DNA from: Chiloscyllium plagiosum
Taxonomy: Eukaryota
Length of the DNA: 64,000 nucleotides
Direction: 5' to 3'
Assembly: GCF_004010195.1 (NCBI RefSeq)
Contig: NC_057719.1
Span: forward strand, 11,284,507 to 11,348,506
Shown: in pieces, positions 1 to 11,809 of the stretch
Position numbering within the stretch: the stretch's first letter is position 1
How the letters are laid out: every line of letters starts with the position of its first letter
Translations under genes and position numbers: made by a program
Notes under the pieces: model-generated
What the model was told of the DNA's origin: nothing
The model's input: only the letters and a program-made list of their open reading frames with translations
Database searches by the model: none

Positions 1-120
1 TGAATAATTATCAAAAGACAAAAAATACCATGGAGAAACGCCAAAGGACTGGGATGAGGAAAATCGCTCACGAAGAGAGACAACATGGGAGTGACAGGTT
101 GGATGGTTTCCTTCTATACA

Positions 121-216
121 TCATTCCTGATGAAGGGCTCCGGCCCGAAATGTCGATTTTCCTGTTCTTTGGATGCTGCCTGACCTGCTGGGCTTTTCCA
201 GCAACACACTCTCAAC
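121..216 (+). mobile_element. 96-bp Penelope-derived hammerhead-bearing insertion (family A)
   Basis: CTGATGA-A-GGGC-TCCG-GCCC-GAAA-TGTC at 127-154, then family tail GGATGCTGCCTGACCTGCTG..TTTTCCAGC. Perfect 12-bp TSD TCCTTCTATACA at 109-120 and 217-228. Confidence 0.85.
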
Positions 217-1188
217 TCCTTCTATACAGCACCCAACTAAGACGGGTTGCTGCCGAGGATAAGACTAAACTTCAATATTGTCACAATGCACTCCATGAGC
301 GTCCAATGGTACTACTCCATGAGATAAAATCCCTTCACGGGTTCAACCTTGTCATGATGTTTACAAATTAATTCCCAAGTCAGTCAGCATTTAACACATG
401 GTTGACAATTTGGACCTCACAGAGAATCAGGATACAAGAGTGCGCAGCACAAGAGAATCCAAAATACAAACCAATTTAAGAGACAATGCGCAAAACGCAG
501 CTCCATATTGCCACACACTTTGCAGAAAAGCTTGACTCTCATCTAACATTCAGCAAAATCTTTAGCAAAGCACTAATGAGATGATCATAAAACATTGACA
601 TTGAGAACCAAGAGTGAAGACTTCAGCTGCCTGAAGGAAACCGGCAATTCACACTGAAAATTAGTTTATTCTGTATTGGAAAATAGGTCCCACTTTGTAT
701 TTAGAATTTAAGAAAAAGACATTAATGCTCACTTCAGCAGCTTTGGTGTGCATGCTTATGATGTTGTTCACAAGGTCATGATTAAACTTCATAACAACTT
801 ATACGTGAGTTCAGCAATGTTTGGCTGGTTAATCTATAAGTATACTTTGAATCCTGATAAACACATAATTACTTTGCCCACAATGGATTAAGCTAGACCA
901 GGCTATTTATTAAAAATGTCCTGAAGGCTTTTACTGTCTGATTGTGATCACAGATTCTGAAATTTTCTCTCCATACCTACCATGGTAGATTTTCTGGATT
1001 ATAGTCTAATGATTGGTACCTATCTGAAGGACTGAGGATATTATTGAGGTAGGGCAAGGCTAGTGCAGTAGTAGTGTCACTAGAATAGCAATCCAGAGCA
1101 TCAGGCTAATGTTCTGGGGAATATGTTAGCTTTGACATTTACAATTTAAAGAAAGCAATAAAAATAGCAACCACATAACTACTGCTGA

Positions 1189-1865
1189 TGAGGATCTGAA
1201 ATCTGAATATAGGCTGTTATCAGGAACAACAATTTAATACATTCTCTTAGTAACATAGGCAGCAACAAAATGGCTTCTTATGCAAGTAACATGACAAAAT
1301 GGCTTCTAGGCTACAAATTGACAATTCTGCTTAAAAGCTGCATAAAATGGCTTTTATCCCTGCTAAAAGCTGCATTCCTGAATTAACCATAGTGTGCTTT
1401 AATAAAGATTAGCAGTCAATGCTTCCTTTACAGCATAGAAATAACTAGACTAGATAAGACATTACTAGCCATCCTAACTGACTTTGCAAATGCCAAAGTG
1501 GAGAAAATAGTTTCGGGAGATAAAGGTGCTTGGATGTGTAAAGCAAGGTTGGTTCCCGGGAACGATCATTGTGCTAAGTTGCTGTCAATAATGTTATTTT
1601 ATTAAATTTGATTGGTAATTGTTTGAATCTATTCTGTAACTATGGCTGTACTTCTTTTAAAAAAATACATAAAAATGTCTTTGTCTTAAGCCATATGTGC
1701 AGTTCCTCCTAGGGACATAGAAGTGTTTAACCTCTGTGTCGCTGGACAACCTGTGCTTGGACGTAAGATGAAGTGTGAAATCTTACAGAACCAGCCTGAA
1801 TTGCTAGTGTTTATTGACTGGTCGCGGAACAGAGAGGCACCACACCGCACCACCACCCTTCTACC

Positions 1866-1898
<33 letters not shown>

Positions 1899-1931
1899 CC
1901 TCCCCCTGCCACCATGGAGTCCAGATCTTCA
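1189..1931 (+). mobile_element. Solo LTR, ERV-like
   Basis: TGAGGATCTG...CAGATCTTCA imperfect 10-bp inverted termini (TG..CA). 4-bp TSD CTGA/CAGA. Splits a SINE cleanly. Three AAAATGGCTT motifs, ATTGG at ~1611, TATA-like CATAAAAA at ~1668. Confidence 0.7.
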
Positions 1932-2039
1932 CAGATTGTCATAAAAGTCCATCAAATTCTCTAATGTCTTTTAGGGAAAGAAATCTGTTGTCTTTACCTG
2001 GTCTTGCATTACACGACCCCAGCACAAAAACGATGTGAT

Positions 2040-2400
2040 TGATCTTATTTAGGTTTATAAAATCTTGAGGGACGTGGATAGGATAAATAGCCAAGGTCTT
2101 TTTCCCCAGGGTAGGGGAGTCCAAGGCTAGACCACATAGGCTTAAAGTGAGAGGTGAAAGATATAAAAGGGATCTCACAGGCAACATTTTCATGCAAACG
2201 GTGGTGTGTATATGGAATGAGCTACCAGAGGAAATACAATTACAACAGTTAAAAGGTATCTGAATGGGTATGTGAATAGGAAGGGTTTAGAGGGATATAT
2301 GCCAAATGCTGGCAAATGGGACTAGATTAATTTAGGATATCTGGTTGCCATAGATGAGTTGGACCGAAGGGTCTGTTTCCATGCTGTACATCTCTATGAC
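2040..2400 (+). mobile_element. CR1 (HER1-type) LINE 3' fragment
   Basis: RT C-terminal tail and 3' UTR GGACCGAAGGGTCTGTTTCCATGCTGTACATCTCTATGAC shared with many copies in the window. Confidence 0.9.
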
Positions 2401-2454
2401 ATTAAACTGTTCTTTAGACAATTAAGGATTGGAAATATGTGCTATTCTATGAAC

Positions 2455-2580
2455 AAATACAAAGAAATTGCAGAGAGTTGTGAACACAGCCCTGTCCATC
2501 ATGAAAACCAGTCTTCCTTCAATTGACTCCCTCTACACTTCCCGCTGTCTCGAGAAAGTAGCCAACATAATAAAAGAAGA
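2455..2580 (+). mobile_element. Rex1/Babar LINE fragment
   Basis: Translates KKLQRVVNTALSIMKTSLPSIDSLYTSRCLEKVANIIKE, homologous to 22760-23420 and 53585-54325. Confidence 0.75.
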
Positions 2581-3418
2581 ACTCCAACAGTGCGCTCACA
2601 AATCCAGATATTCTGCTTGAATTTGTCCTCAGATCTCTAGTCCCTAAAATATGCATGTGAGACCCAATCAGAAAGGCAGATGTATGGGCTACACTTAAAA
2701 CATGTTTGCTTGTGTCACAGAGAGCACTGCCACACTATATCAATCACTACTTCCAAAGCAACAATCATCAAAGTGCATGGCTGGTATCCCTCTGAGTATC
2801 ATGTGACAAATGGCACTGTGATCACATGAACAGACTTGTGCTCTTTTAACTTCAGGAAAGATATGAGTAATCTGTACCCATCAACTAAATGGCAGTCATT
2901 TATCGTCTTCTCCCTTCTTATGACCCTTTGGCAAGATTTTTCTTTTCTTCATTGCTGCTCAGACATTTCATGACTGAACTTGATGTTTGAGGAGAAAGTG
3001 AGGATGTTTGCCTTTTCAAATCGTTGCTTGAAAAATTCCTCAGAACAAAAGTATTATTCACACAGGGTGGGGAGAATAATTCACATGTAGAACTAGCAGA
3101 AACAGCTGAAAGCAAGTTAGTTCCTCACCTTCACCAAGAAAATTAGTCAGCAACTTGCATTCAACAGGATGGACAGCCATCCTCTAGTTTGAGTTCCTAT
3201 TTTGACTGCAAATGTTAACTCTGCTTCTCTCTCCAGAGATGCTCTGTGTCGCCAGCACATTCTATTTCTATATTGGGTAGTTTTGGTCGGGGGCAGCAAT
3301 GATCAAGGAAAGATTTCAGCATTGCTGAAAAAAGAAATGGCATGCTGTGGACACTTTTCACCTTGCACTCATCAAGATGGTAACAAGACTGTCAAATTTC
3401 AAAGGGAGCAACAACCTA

Positions 3419-4397
3419 GAATCATAGAGTCATACAGCACAGAAACAGACCCTTCAGTCCAACCGGTCCACGCCAACAATAATCCAAAACTAAACCAATC
3501 ACACCTGCTTGGCCCGTAAGCCCCAAACATTTCTTATTCATGTACATATCTAAATGTTGTAATTGTATCTGCATCCACCACTGCCTCTGAAAGTTCATTC
3601 CACACACGAACCACTCTCGGTGTAAAAGACGTCTCTCATGTCCTTTTTAAATCTTTCTCCTCTCATCTTAAAAATATGCCCCTAGAGTTGAAATCCCCCA
3701 CCCTAGAGAAAAGACACCTGCCATTCACTTTATCTATAACCATGATTTTATAGACCTCACCCTTCAATCCCCTATGTTCCAATGAAAAGAAGTCCCAGCC
3801 TATCGGCCTTCGCCCATAATTGAAACCCTCCATTCCCAGCAACATTCTGGGAAACGTCACTAAACCCTCTCCAGTTTAATGATATGCTTCCTATAACAGG
3901 GCAACCAGAATTGCACACAGTATTCCAGAAGACACATCACCAACGTCCTGTATTACCCCAACATAACCGTCCAACTCCTATACTCAAAGTTCTGAGCAAT
4001 GAAGGCAAACATGCTGAATGCCTTCTTAACCACCTTATCTATATGTGATGCAAACTTCAAAGAATCTGGACCTGAACCCATAGGTATCGCTATTCTACAA
4101 TATTACCCAAGGCACAAAATGCAATACCTCACCTCTACCCACACTAAATACCATCTGCCACTCTTCAGCCCATTTATCCAATTGATCAAGATCTCTTTGT
4201 AATCTTAGATTACCTTCTTCACTTTCCCCAAACCACCAATCTTGGTGTCATCCACAAACTTGCTAACCATGCCTGCTATATTCTCATCTAAACCATTTAG
4301 ATAAATCAGAAACAAGTCGGCCCAGCACCGATTGCTGTGGAACATACTGGTCACAGGCCTCCAGTCTGATAAACCACCCTACATCATCACTCTCCGC
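3419..4397 (-). mobile_element. CR1 LINE, 5'-truncated and decayed
   Basis: Minus strand encodes the SKFVDDTKIG RT motif and C-terminal RMLLGMEGFNY; CTATGA-type tail at 3419-3435. Confidence 0.9.
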
Positions 4398-5392
4398 CCG
4401 GTGTGGCGGTGTCTCAGCCCAGTCTCTCAGCAGCCCATGGCAGTGTCTCCGGTTGGCGTGACAGTGTCTCAGTCCAGTCTCTTCGTTCGCATGACGATGT
4501 CTCAGCCCGGTCTCTCCGTTCAGCGTGGCTGTGTCTTGGCCCGGTCTCTCCGTTCACTATGGCAGTGTCTCGGCCCGGTCTCTTTGCCCAGCATGGCAGT
4601 ACTTTGGCCCAGTCTCTCAGCAAGGCATGGTGGTGTCTTGGCCCAGTCTCCCTACCCGGTGTGTTGGTGTCTTGGCCCAGTCTCTCTGCCCAGCATGGCA
4701 GTCTCTCGGCCCAGTCTCTCAGTCCGGCGTGGTGGTGTCTTGGCCCAGTCTCCCTGCCCGGTGTGGCAGTCTCTTGGCCCAGTCTCCGGTGTGGCGGTGT
4801 CTTGGCCCAGTCTCCCTGCCCGGTGTGGCAGTGTCTTGGCCCAGTCTCCCTGCCCGGTGTGGCAGTCTCTTGGCCCAGTCTCTCAGTCCAACATGTCGGT
4901 ATTTCAGCCCAGTCTCTCTGCCCGGTGTGGTGATATCTTGGACCAGTCTCTCTCCCGGCATGTCATTACCTCTTCCCAGTCTCTCTGCCCGGTGTGGTGA
5001 TGTCTCGGCCTGGTCTCTCAGCGGCCCGTGGTGGTCTCTCCACCCAGCGTGGCGGTATCCCAGCCCATTCTCTCTGCCCGGTGTGGTGATGTCTCAGCCT
5101 GGTCTGTCTCCCGGCGTCTCGGTATCTCAGCCCAGTCTCTCTGCCCGGTGTGGTGATGTCTCGGCCTAGTCTCTCAGCGGCCCATGGTGGTCTCTCCACC
5201 CAGCATGACGGTATCCCAGCCCAGTCTCTCCGCTTGGCATGGCGCTGTAGCAGCCCAGTCTCTCTGTCCAGTACGGCAGGATCTCGGTGCAGTCTCTCTA
5301 GCCGGCGTGGCAATATCTCAGACCAGTCTCTCTACCCGGCATGGCCGCGTCTCAGCCCAATCTCTCTGCCTGGCATGGCAGCATCTCAGCGT
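4398..5392. repeat. GC-rich minisatellite, ~34-bp unit, about 29 diverged copies
   Basis: Unit approx GTGTGGCAGTGTCTTGGCCCAGTCTCCCTGCCCG (e.g. 4823-4856, next unit starts at 4857). Produces repetitive ORFs in several frames. Confidence 0.9.
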
Positions 5393-6847
5393 GCAAGTAG
5401 ATCCTGCCTGGGCATATTCCAGAGGCAGCAGGAAGTGATCAGGAAGTCGGCAACTTCCACAGCAGGTAGCATCGCTGTCCAATACAGGAAGAGCGAGGGA
5501 GGTCCTTGTTTTCTGCTGCAGCAGCGGCAGCAAAAACAGGCAGCTATGGTCTCCTGGAGATTGAGCTAAGTGGGGAACTCATCAAAGACTGTTAAACATT
5601 TAACTTTATTCTTTTATTCCTCTAGTTTATACCAAGAAGGAATTTAATGTTGACTATTACCTTTTTTTCTTTAGTTTTCTACTTATTCTATGAAAGTAAT
5701 GCTTAACTTACAGGTTCATGAGAAAATGGTGTTGATTGGTTGGCAAGTTTCTTGCAATTGGTCATGGCTTTACCACGGGGAATGAGCTTGAGAATTATTG
5801 CTCCTTACGCTTTAATTTAATTCAAAAAAGGTGAAAAGCCCAAGTCAGTGAGGGTTACTTTTGCCTGCAAAACACCCCAGGTCCCTTAAGGAAGTGGCCT
5901 GAGAAATAGTAGATACATCGGTGGTCACCTTCCAAGGTTCTTTCACCTCTGGAACTGTTCTACAGACTAGAGGATAGCTAATGTAACCCCACTATTTAAA
6001 AATGAGGTAGAAGGAATGGAGGGAATTGTAGACCAGTGAGTCTTGATATGAGTTGAATTGAATGATTTTGAATTGAATGCTTTATTGTCACTTGTATTCA
6101 ACAAACAAATCCAGTGAAAAGTGTAATTTGTCACCACACCACAACTCTGACATCAGTAGTGGGGAAGATGCGAGTCTATTATCAAAGATTTTAGAGGAGG
6201 GCACGTACTATTCTAGTTAATCTTTTAATATTTCTAACAGTTTTATCAAACACAGTTACCTGCTCATAGATCCGTCCTCATCTGTCAAATCCAGTGATTT
6301 GCTAACTTTCTCCAAAGTTTTCTGGGAAAGTGACTGGAATGTGCCATAACCAACAGAATGGTGAATTAAAGACCTCAAGAATGACAGCGGTAGAATCAGG
6401 CACTGTCAGCATGGATTTACAAAAGGGAAATCAGGCTTGACAAATCTGCTGGAATTCTTCATCAAGGATGCAGAATAGAGTTGATCAGGGGATGTGGTTT
6501 ATTTAGACTTTGAGAAGGCTTTTAACAAGGTCCTAAATAAGGGATTAATGTGTAAAATTAAAATGCATGGGATTGGGATTAGTGTGTTGAGATTGATAGA
6601 AAATTGGTTGGTAGACAGGAAATCAAGAGTAGCAATAAATGTGCCTTTTTCTGACTGGCAGGCAGTGACTAATGGAATACCACAGGGATCAATGCTAGGA
6701 CCCCAGCTACTCACAGTATATGTTAAAGATTTAGATGTAATATCTAAAAACTTGCAGATGACACAAAGCTGGATGAAAGGGTTCACTGTAAGGTGGATGC
6801 AGAAATGTTTCAGTGTAGTTTCGACAAATTGAGTGAGTGGACAGATA

Positions 6848-7911
6848 GAGTTATAGAGTCATAGAGCTGTACAGCACAGAAACAGACCCTGGGTTTAGAT
6901 TAGAATGGTGCTGGAAAAACACAGCAGGTCAGGCAGCATCTAAGGAGCAGGCCTGACCTGCTATGCTTTTCCAGCACCACTCTAATCTAGATTCTGATTT
7001 CCAGCATCTGCAGTCCTCACTTTTGCCCACAGAAACAGATCCTTCTGTCCAATTCATTCATGCCGACCAGATATACTATATAAATCTAGTCCAATTTGCC
7101 AGCATTTGGCCCAGACCCCCTAAACCCTTCCTTTTCATATACCCATCCAGATTTCTTTTACATATTGTACCAGCCGCCACCACTTCCTCTGGCTCCTCAT
7201 TCCATACAAGCACTCTAAGTTGTCACTTAGGTCCCTTTTAAATCTTCCCCTTCTCACCTTAAACTTATGTCCTCTAGTTTTGGACACCCCCACCCCAGGG
7301 AAAAGTCTACTTACTTTATCCATGCCCCTCAGGATTTTATAAACCTCCATAAGGTCACCCCTCAACCTCCTATGCTCCAGGGAAAATAGCCCCAGCCTAT
7401 TCAGCCTCTCCCTATAGCTCAAATCCTTCAATCCTGGCAACATCCTTGTAAATCATTTCTGAACCCTTTCAATGTTTCACAACATCCTTCTTGTAGCAGA
7501 AAGACCAGACTTGCATGCAGTGTTCTAGAAGTGGCCTAGCCAATGTCCTGTACAGCTGCAACATGAACTCCCATATACTCAATATACTGACCAATAAAGG
7601 CAAGTATACTAAATGCCTTCTTCACTATCCTACCTACCTGAGGTAATCTTTTTCACTGTCCGCTACACCTCCAATTTTGGTATCATCTGCAAACTTACTA
7701 ACTATACCTCCTAGGTTCACGTCCAAATCATTTACATGAATGACGAAAAGGAGTGGACCCAGCACCAATCCTTGTGGCACTCCACTGGTCACAGATGTCC
7801 AGTCTGAAAAGCAACCCTCCACCACCACCCTCTGTCTTTGTCCTTCGAGCTAGTTCTGTATTCAAGTGGCTAGTTCTCCCTGTATTCCAAGTGACCTAAC
7901 TTTGCTAACCA
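6848..7911 (-). mobile_element. Younger CR1 nested in older CR1
   Basis: [26 protein letters not shown] and RLRGDLMEVYKI motifs; CTATGA tail; internal deletion near 7633. Confidence 0.9.
6891..7027 (+). mobile_element. PLE-derived fold-back insertion (family A) lacking the HHR core
   Basis: Inverted arms TAGATTAGAATGGTGCTGGAAAAACACAGCAGGTCAGGC / GCCTGACCTGCTATGCTTTTCCAGCACCACTCTAATCTA. 16-bp TSD CACAGAAACAGA(C/T)CCT at 6875-6890 and 7028-7043. Confidence 0.85.
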
Positions 7912-9240
7912 GATGGCAGATGCAGTATAATTTAGATAAATGATTTGAATTTAAATTGAGAGAGGGGAATGCTCAACAAGACCTGGATGCCCTTGTACAC
8001 AAGTCACTGAAAGTTAGCATGCGAGTGCAGCAGCAAGTTAAGACAGAACGCTGTAAGTTGGCCTTCATAGCAAGAGGATTCAAGTACAGGAACAAGGATG
8101 TCCTGCAGCAAATATCCATTGCATTGGTGAGGCCCTAGAATACCATGTGCAGTTTTGGTCTTCTTATCTGAGCAAGGATGTTTTTGCTACAGAGGCACAG
8201 CAGCGAATATTTATGAAACTCATTCCTGGGGTGTCAGCACTGATGCCTAAGGAGAAATGGAGTCAATTAGGATTATATTCACCAGAGTTTAGAAGAATGA
8301 GGAGTATCTCTTAGAAACCTATAAATTTCTAACAGGACTAGACCTGATGGCTGAGCAGCCCAAAACTAGGGGTCATAAGTGGTAAACCTTTTAGGACCGA
8401 GAGGAGGAGAAATTTCTTGTCCGTTACCACAGAATGTGGGCGAGGCCAAAACATTTTCAAAAAGAAGATAAATATAGCTGTCATGGCCACAGGGATCAAG
8501 GGATGTGGGGGATGGCAGGTTTATGGTATTGAGCTCAAAGATCAGCCGTGGTCATATTGAATGGCGGAGCAGGCTCAAAGGGTCAAATGGCCTCCTCCTC
8601 CTCTTATGGTGTTGGGGGGTGGGGGTGGGGGGGGGGGTGGAGTCCAGAGCAAGTTTACAAGAATGATCCCACGGATGAATGGCTTGTCATATGCACAGCA
8701 GTTGAGGACTCTGTATCTGTACTCAATGGAGTTTAGAAGGGTGAGGGGGAGACCTCATTGAAATTTGCAGAATACTGAGAGACCTGGATAGAATGGAAAT
8801 GAAGATGTTTCCACTAGTAGGAAAGACTCGGACCTGAGAGCACAGCTCAGAGTGAAGGGATGACTCTTTAGAATTGAGGCAAGGAGGAATCCTTCAGTCA
8901 GAGGGTGGTGAATCTGTGAGACTCTTTGCCACAGACGGCGGTGAAGACCAAGTCATTGAGAGTATTTAAGACAAAGATAGATAGGTTCTTGATTGGTAAG
9001 AAGTTAAGGGTTATGGGGAGAAGGCAAGAGAATGGAGTTGCAAAACATATCAGCCGGATTAAATGGCAGAGCAGACATGATGGCATCCACTAATATCATT
9101 TATTGTATCTGTTGCTCCCGATGCGGTCTCCTCTACATTGGGGAGACTGGGCACCTCCTAGCAAAGCGCTTTAGGGAACATCTCCGAGACACCCGCACCA
9201 ATCAACCACACCGCCCCGTGGCCCAACATTTCAACTCCCC

Positions 9241-9818
9241 NNNNNNNNNNNNNNNNNNNNNNNNNNNNNNNNNNNNNNNNNNNNNNNNNNNNNNNNNNNN
9301 NNNNNNNNNNNNNNNNNNNNNNNNNNNNNNNNNNNNNNNNNNNNNNNNNNNNNNNNNNNNNNNNNNNNNNNNNNNNNNNNNNNNNNNNNNNNNNNNNNNN
9401 NNNNNNNNNNNNNNNNNNNNNNNNNNNNNNNNNNNNNNNNNNNNNNNNNNNNNNNNNNNNNNNNNNNNNNNNNNNNNNNNNNNNNNNNNNNNNNNNNNNN
9501 NNNNNNNNNNNNNNNNNNNNNNNNNNNNNNNNNNNNNNNNNNNNNNNNNNNNNNNNNNNNNNNNNNNNNNNNNNNNNNNNNNNNNNNNNNNNNNNNNNNN
9601 NNNNNNNNNNNNNNNNNNNNNNNNNNNNNNNNNNNNNNNNNNNNNNNNNNNNNNNNNNNNNNNNNNNNNNNNNNNNNNNNNNNNNNNNNNNNNNNNNNNN
9701 NNNNNNNNNNNNNNNNNNNNNNNNNNNNNNNNNNNNNNNNNNNNNNNNNNNNNNNNNNNNNNNNNNNNNNNNNNNNNNNNNNNNNNNNNNNNNNNNNNNN
9801 NNNNNNNNNNNNNNNNNN
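9241..9818. other. Assembly gap (578 N)
   Basis: Run of n characters. Confidence 1.
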
Positions 9819-9846
9819 CTCTCCACGCTCCAGGCTCACTGCCTTT

Positions 9847-9882
9847 ATTCCTGATGAAGGGCTTTTGCCCGAAACGTCGATT
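9847..9882 (+). ncRNA. Minimal type-I hammerhead ribozyme motif, core intact
   Basis: CTGATGA(9851-57)-A-GGGC-TTTT-GCCC-GAAA-CGTC. Predicted cleavage after C9878. Stem III reduced to the palindrome ACGT; stem I weak. Confidence 0.75.
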
Positions 9883-10039
9883 TCGCTGCCTGTTGGATGC
9901 TGCCTGAACTGCTGTGCTCTTCCAGCACCACTAATCCAGAATCTGGTTTCCAGCATCTGCAGTCATTGTTTTTATCTATCATGATGGGCTGAATGGCCTG
10001 ATTCTGCTTCTATATCTAATGGTCTACCCTCTATGTTTC

Positions 10040-10490
10040 TGTGCACAGAAATACACCAATAAGCCTCTTGAGAATGCTTTACAATTCTATAAGATCATGA
10101 CTCAACTGATTACTTCACCATCCACCCTACCCTGATAGCCTTTCGTTTCTATCACCTATCACAAATCGGCCTATCTCTGCCATAAAAATATTCTTAGAAG
10201 AAAAAAATAAACAGGGGATCACCTGGTACGGAGGAAGGAGGGCAGGTCTGAAGACCTCCTCGTGGGTCTGCTCCTGGGCCAGGCCAAACTGGCCATCAAC
10301 AGGTCCAGGCAGCGGGCTGTGGAGGGGGTCATTAGGGCCGGAAAAAAAAAAATTTAAAAAATAAAAATATTCTTGCATTCTGTTTCCACCATCCTTTGAG
10401 AAAGAGAGATCCAAAGACTCGCTACATTGCAAGAAAAATAAATTCTCCTCATCCCTATCTTGAATGGGTGATTTATTTTTTAAACACAAA
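10040..10490 (-). mobile_element. Old CR1 3' fragment
   Basis: Minus strand GATGAGGAGAATTTATTTTTC..AGTCTTTGGATCTCTCTTTCTCAAAGGATGGTGGAAAC matches the CR1 3' region. Confidence 0.7.
10196..10360 (+). mobile_element. Tx1/L1-clade ORF2 C-terminal fragment flanked by A-tracts
   Basis: Translates DHLVRRKEGRSEDLLVGLLLGQAKLAINRSRQRAVEGVIRAG. Perfect 14-bp TSD ATAAAAATATTCTT at 10182-10195 and 10361-10374. Confidence 0.7.
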
Positions 10491-10499
10491 CTCCTGCAG

Positions 10500-10845
10500 A
10501 GATTTGTGCAGCTTCTAGCAAGCATTAGTAAGTTACTTTACAAGTCTGACTGGTCATTCATAGCTCACAAGGGACTGTTCAGACATTGCTGTCCAGTCAC
10601 AGAATCACACCTAACTTTCTGAGTTCACCAAAGTAGACGCTTTAAACCCATTCATGAGTATGTGAGCCTCACACTCAACAAGAAAGATAGTGATAGTTTA
10701 ATCATATTACTTGTTAATCAATCAGCACATTTTTCTCATGCAGTATACATTATTAGTCCCTTTGAAAATGACATTCTTGGATCTTTCCTGATGAGTCCTA
10801 GACAAAAGGTTTAGACATGGTGTCTCCTTTCTCAGCAATAGTCAA
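10500..10845 (+). mobile_element. Old PLE-like repeat (family E) with a decayed hammerhead-like motif
   Basis: CTGATGA-GTC-CTA-GAC-AAAA at 10788-10807. Body homologous to 14820-15080. Confidence 0.5.
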
Positions 10846-10859
10846 GTTCCCTACAGCGA

Positions 10860-11305
10860 AGTGACTATTTGATAAAGAAAATCTTACATTTGCATGGCAC
10901 CGTTCACTTGGTGATGGTTGAGAGGCAAATTTTGGCCAGAAGACTGGGGAGAACATGAAACAAAAGCAAGAATTGCTGGAGAAACTCAGCAGGTCCGGCA
11001 GCATCTGTGGAGAGAGAAAGCAGGGGTAACGTTTCAGGTACAGTGACTCCCCTTCAGAACACTGGTCCTGAAATGTTAACTTTGCTTTCTCTTCACAGAC
11101 GCTGCCAGACCCACTGAGTTTCTCCAGTAATTCTGTTTCTGTTTCAGATTTCTGTAATGTGCAGTTCTTTTTTTTTGCTGGGGACAACATCCTGCTCTTG
11201 TTTGTAAGGTAACATTGACACAAGTTAAACTCGCAAACAGACCCTCAACTGAAAAGTTTATCCAAAAGACAGCACCTCTAACAATGCAGTACTGCATTCA
11301 ACCAT
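10860..11305 (-). mobile_element. Deu-domain SINE relic (SacSINE1/AmnSINE1-like)
   Basis: Reverse complement of TGCAGTACTG..GAGGTGCTGTCTTTTGGAT..AAGAGCAGG..TGGCCAAAATTT, as in 16400-16875. Confidence 0.6.
10957..11177 (+). mobile_element. PLE-derived fold-back insertion (family B)
   Basis: Inverted arms (GAATTGCTGGAGAAACTCAGCAGGTCCGGCAGCATCTGTG / CACAGACGCTGCCAGACCCACTGAGTTTCTCCAGTAATTC). 13-bp TSD CTGGGGA(G/C)AACAT at 10944-10956 and 11178-11190. Confidence 0.85.
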
Positions 11306-11809
11306 CACCTTCTTCGGCTCCTTAGCATGCTCACACACAACAAAAAGTTCTCATCTCTAAATTTCACCTTCTCATTTCTAAGCCTCAACTCCAAGCTCCA
11401 GGTCCTGATGTCAGAAATGCAGAAACACCAGGCCTAGGCAAAAATAAACAGAGAAAGTACATTTAAAAAGTTTAAATCCTTTCAATAAGCCTTGGCTATG
11501 AAGTAAACTTTTCCCAACTTAATTTTCTTGTCCACTGAGTTTTTTTTAAACGATGCAATGTTAAGATTGACAAAGATGTCACTTGCAGCAACACCAATCT
11601 CCAAAAAAATTGCCATTTAGAGAGTTGCTGGGCCTCAGGTGGTGAATCACTCACAGTGTCAAATTTAATCTGTTAAATATAGTATACAGTGCCAATCAAA
11701 TCCCAGTTGGATATCGGCACATTAAAACTACAAACCAGCCATTTCAGCCCTCTGCACACCCATCGACAGGTTTTACTTCCACTCTGATTTTTCCTTTTAT
11801 TATTTTCTT

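Larger units (their letters stand above)
1050..2450 (+). mobile_element. Old tRNA-like-headed shark SINE (family B), interrupted by a solo LTR and a CR1 fragment
   Basis: Pieces 1050-1188, 1932-2040 and 2401-2450 join into the same sequence as 17715-18025 and 55610-55955 (..CTTTAGGGAAGGAAATCTG..TACCTGGTC..). Confidence 0.65.
5880..8600 (+). mobile_element. Older CR1 ORF2 relic fragmented by nested insertions
   Basis: VYLDFEKAFNKV and GIPQGSMLGPQL RT motifs (6494-6832). Resumes at ~7912 after the minus-strand CR1. Ends in 3' UTR AATGGCGGAGCAGGCTCAAAGGG. Confidence 0.85.
9084..9979 (+). mobile_element. Penelope-like element 3' fragment: GIY-YIG endonuclease plus hammerhead-bearing terminus
   Basis: TNIIYCICCSRCGLLYIGETGHLLAKRFREH..VAQHFNS is a PLE GIY-YIG domain with CxxC. 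HHR at 9851-9878. 8-bp TSD CATGATGG at 9076-9083 and 9980-9987. Spans the N gap. Confidence 0.88.
8642..10030 (+). mobile_element. CR1 3' fragment split by a PLE insertion
   Basis: VQSKFTRMIPRMNGLSY C-terminal motif; 3' UTR resumes at 9980. Confidence 0.8.

Noticed and set aside
1723..2038. Polyproline ORFs
   Set aside because: Translation of a poly-C run inside a solo LTR.
4332..5569. Long overlapping ORFs (222, 214, 176 aa) as protein genes, or the array as CRISPR
   Set aside because: ORFs arise from a stop-poor 34-bp tandem repeat read in rotating frames. There are no unique spacers or cas genes, and the DNA is vertebrate.
6200..6375. Unassigned 175-bp segment interrupting the old CR1
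   Set aside because: No TSD, tail or recognisable motif, so nothing supportable beyond its presence.
8612..8641. G-rich tracts (also 46140-46167) as functional G-quadruplexes
   Set aside because: They could form G4, but they lie at repeat junctions with no supporting context, and homopolymer lengths are unreliable.
9032..9956. 291/241/222-aa ORFs
   Set aside because: Their length is due to the N gap; only ~50 aa of PLE GIY-YIG is real.
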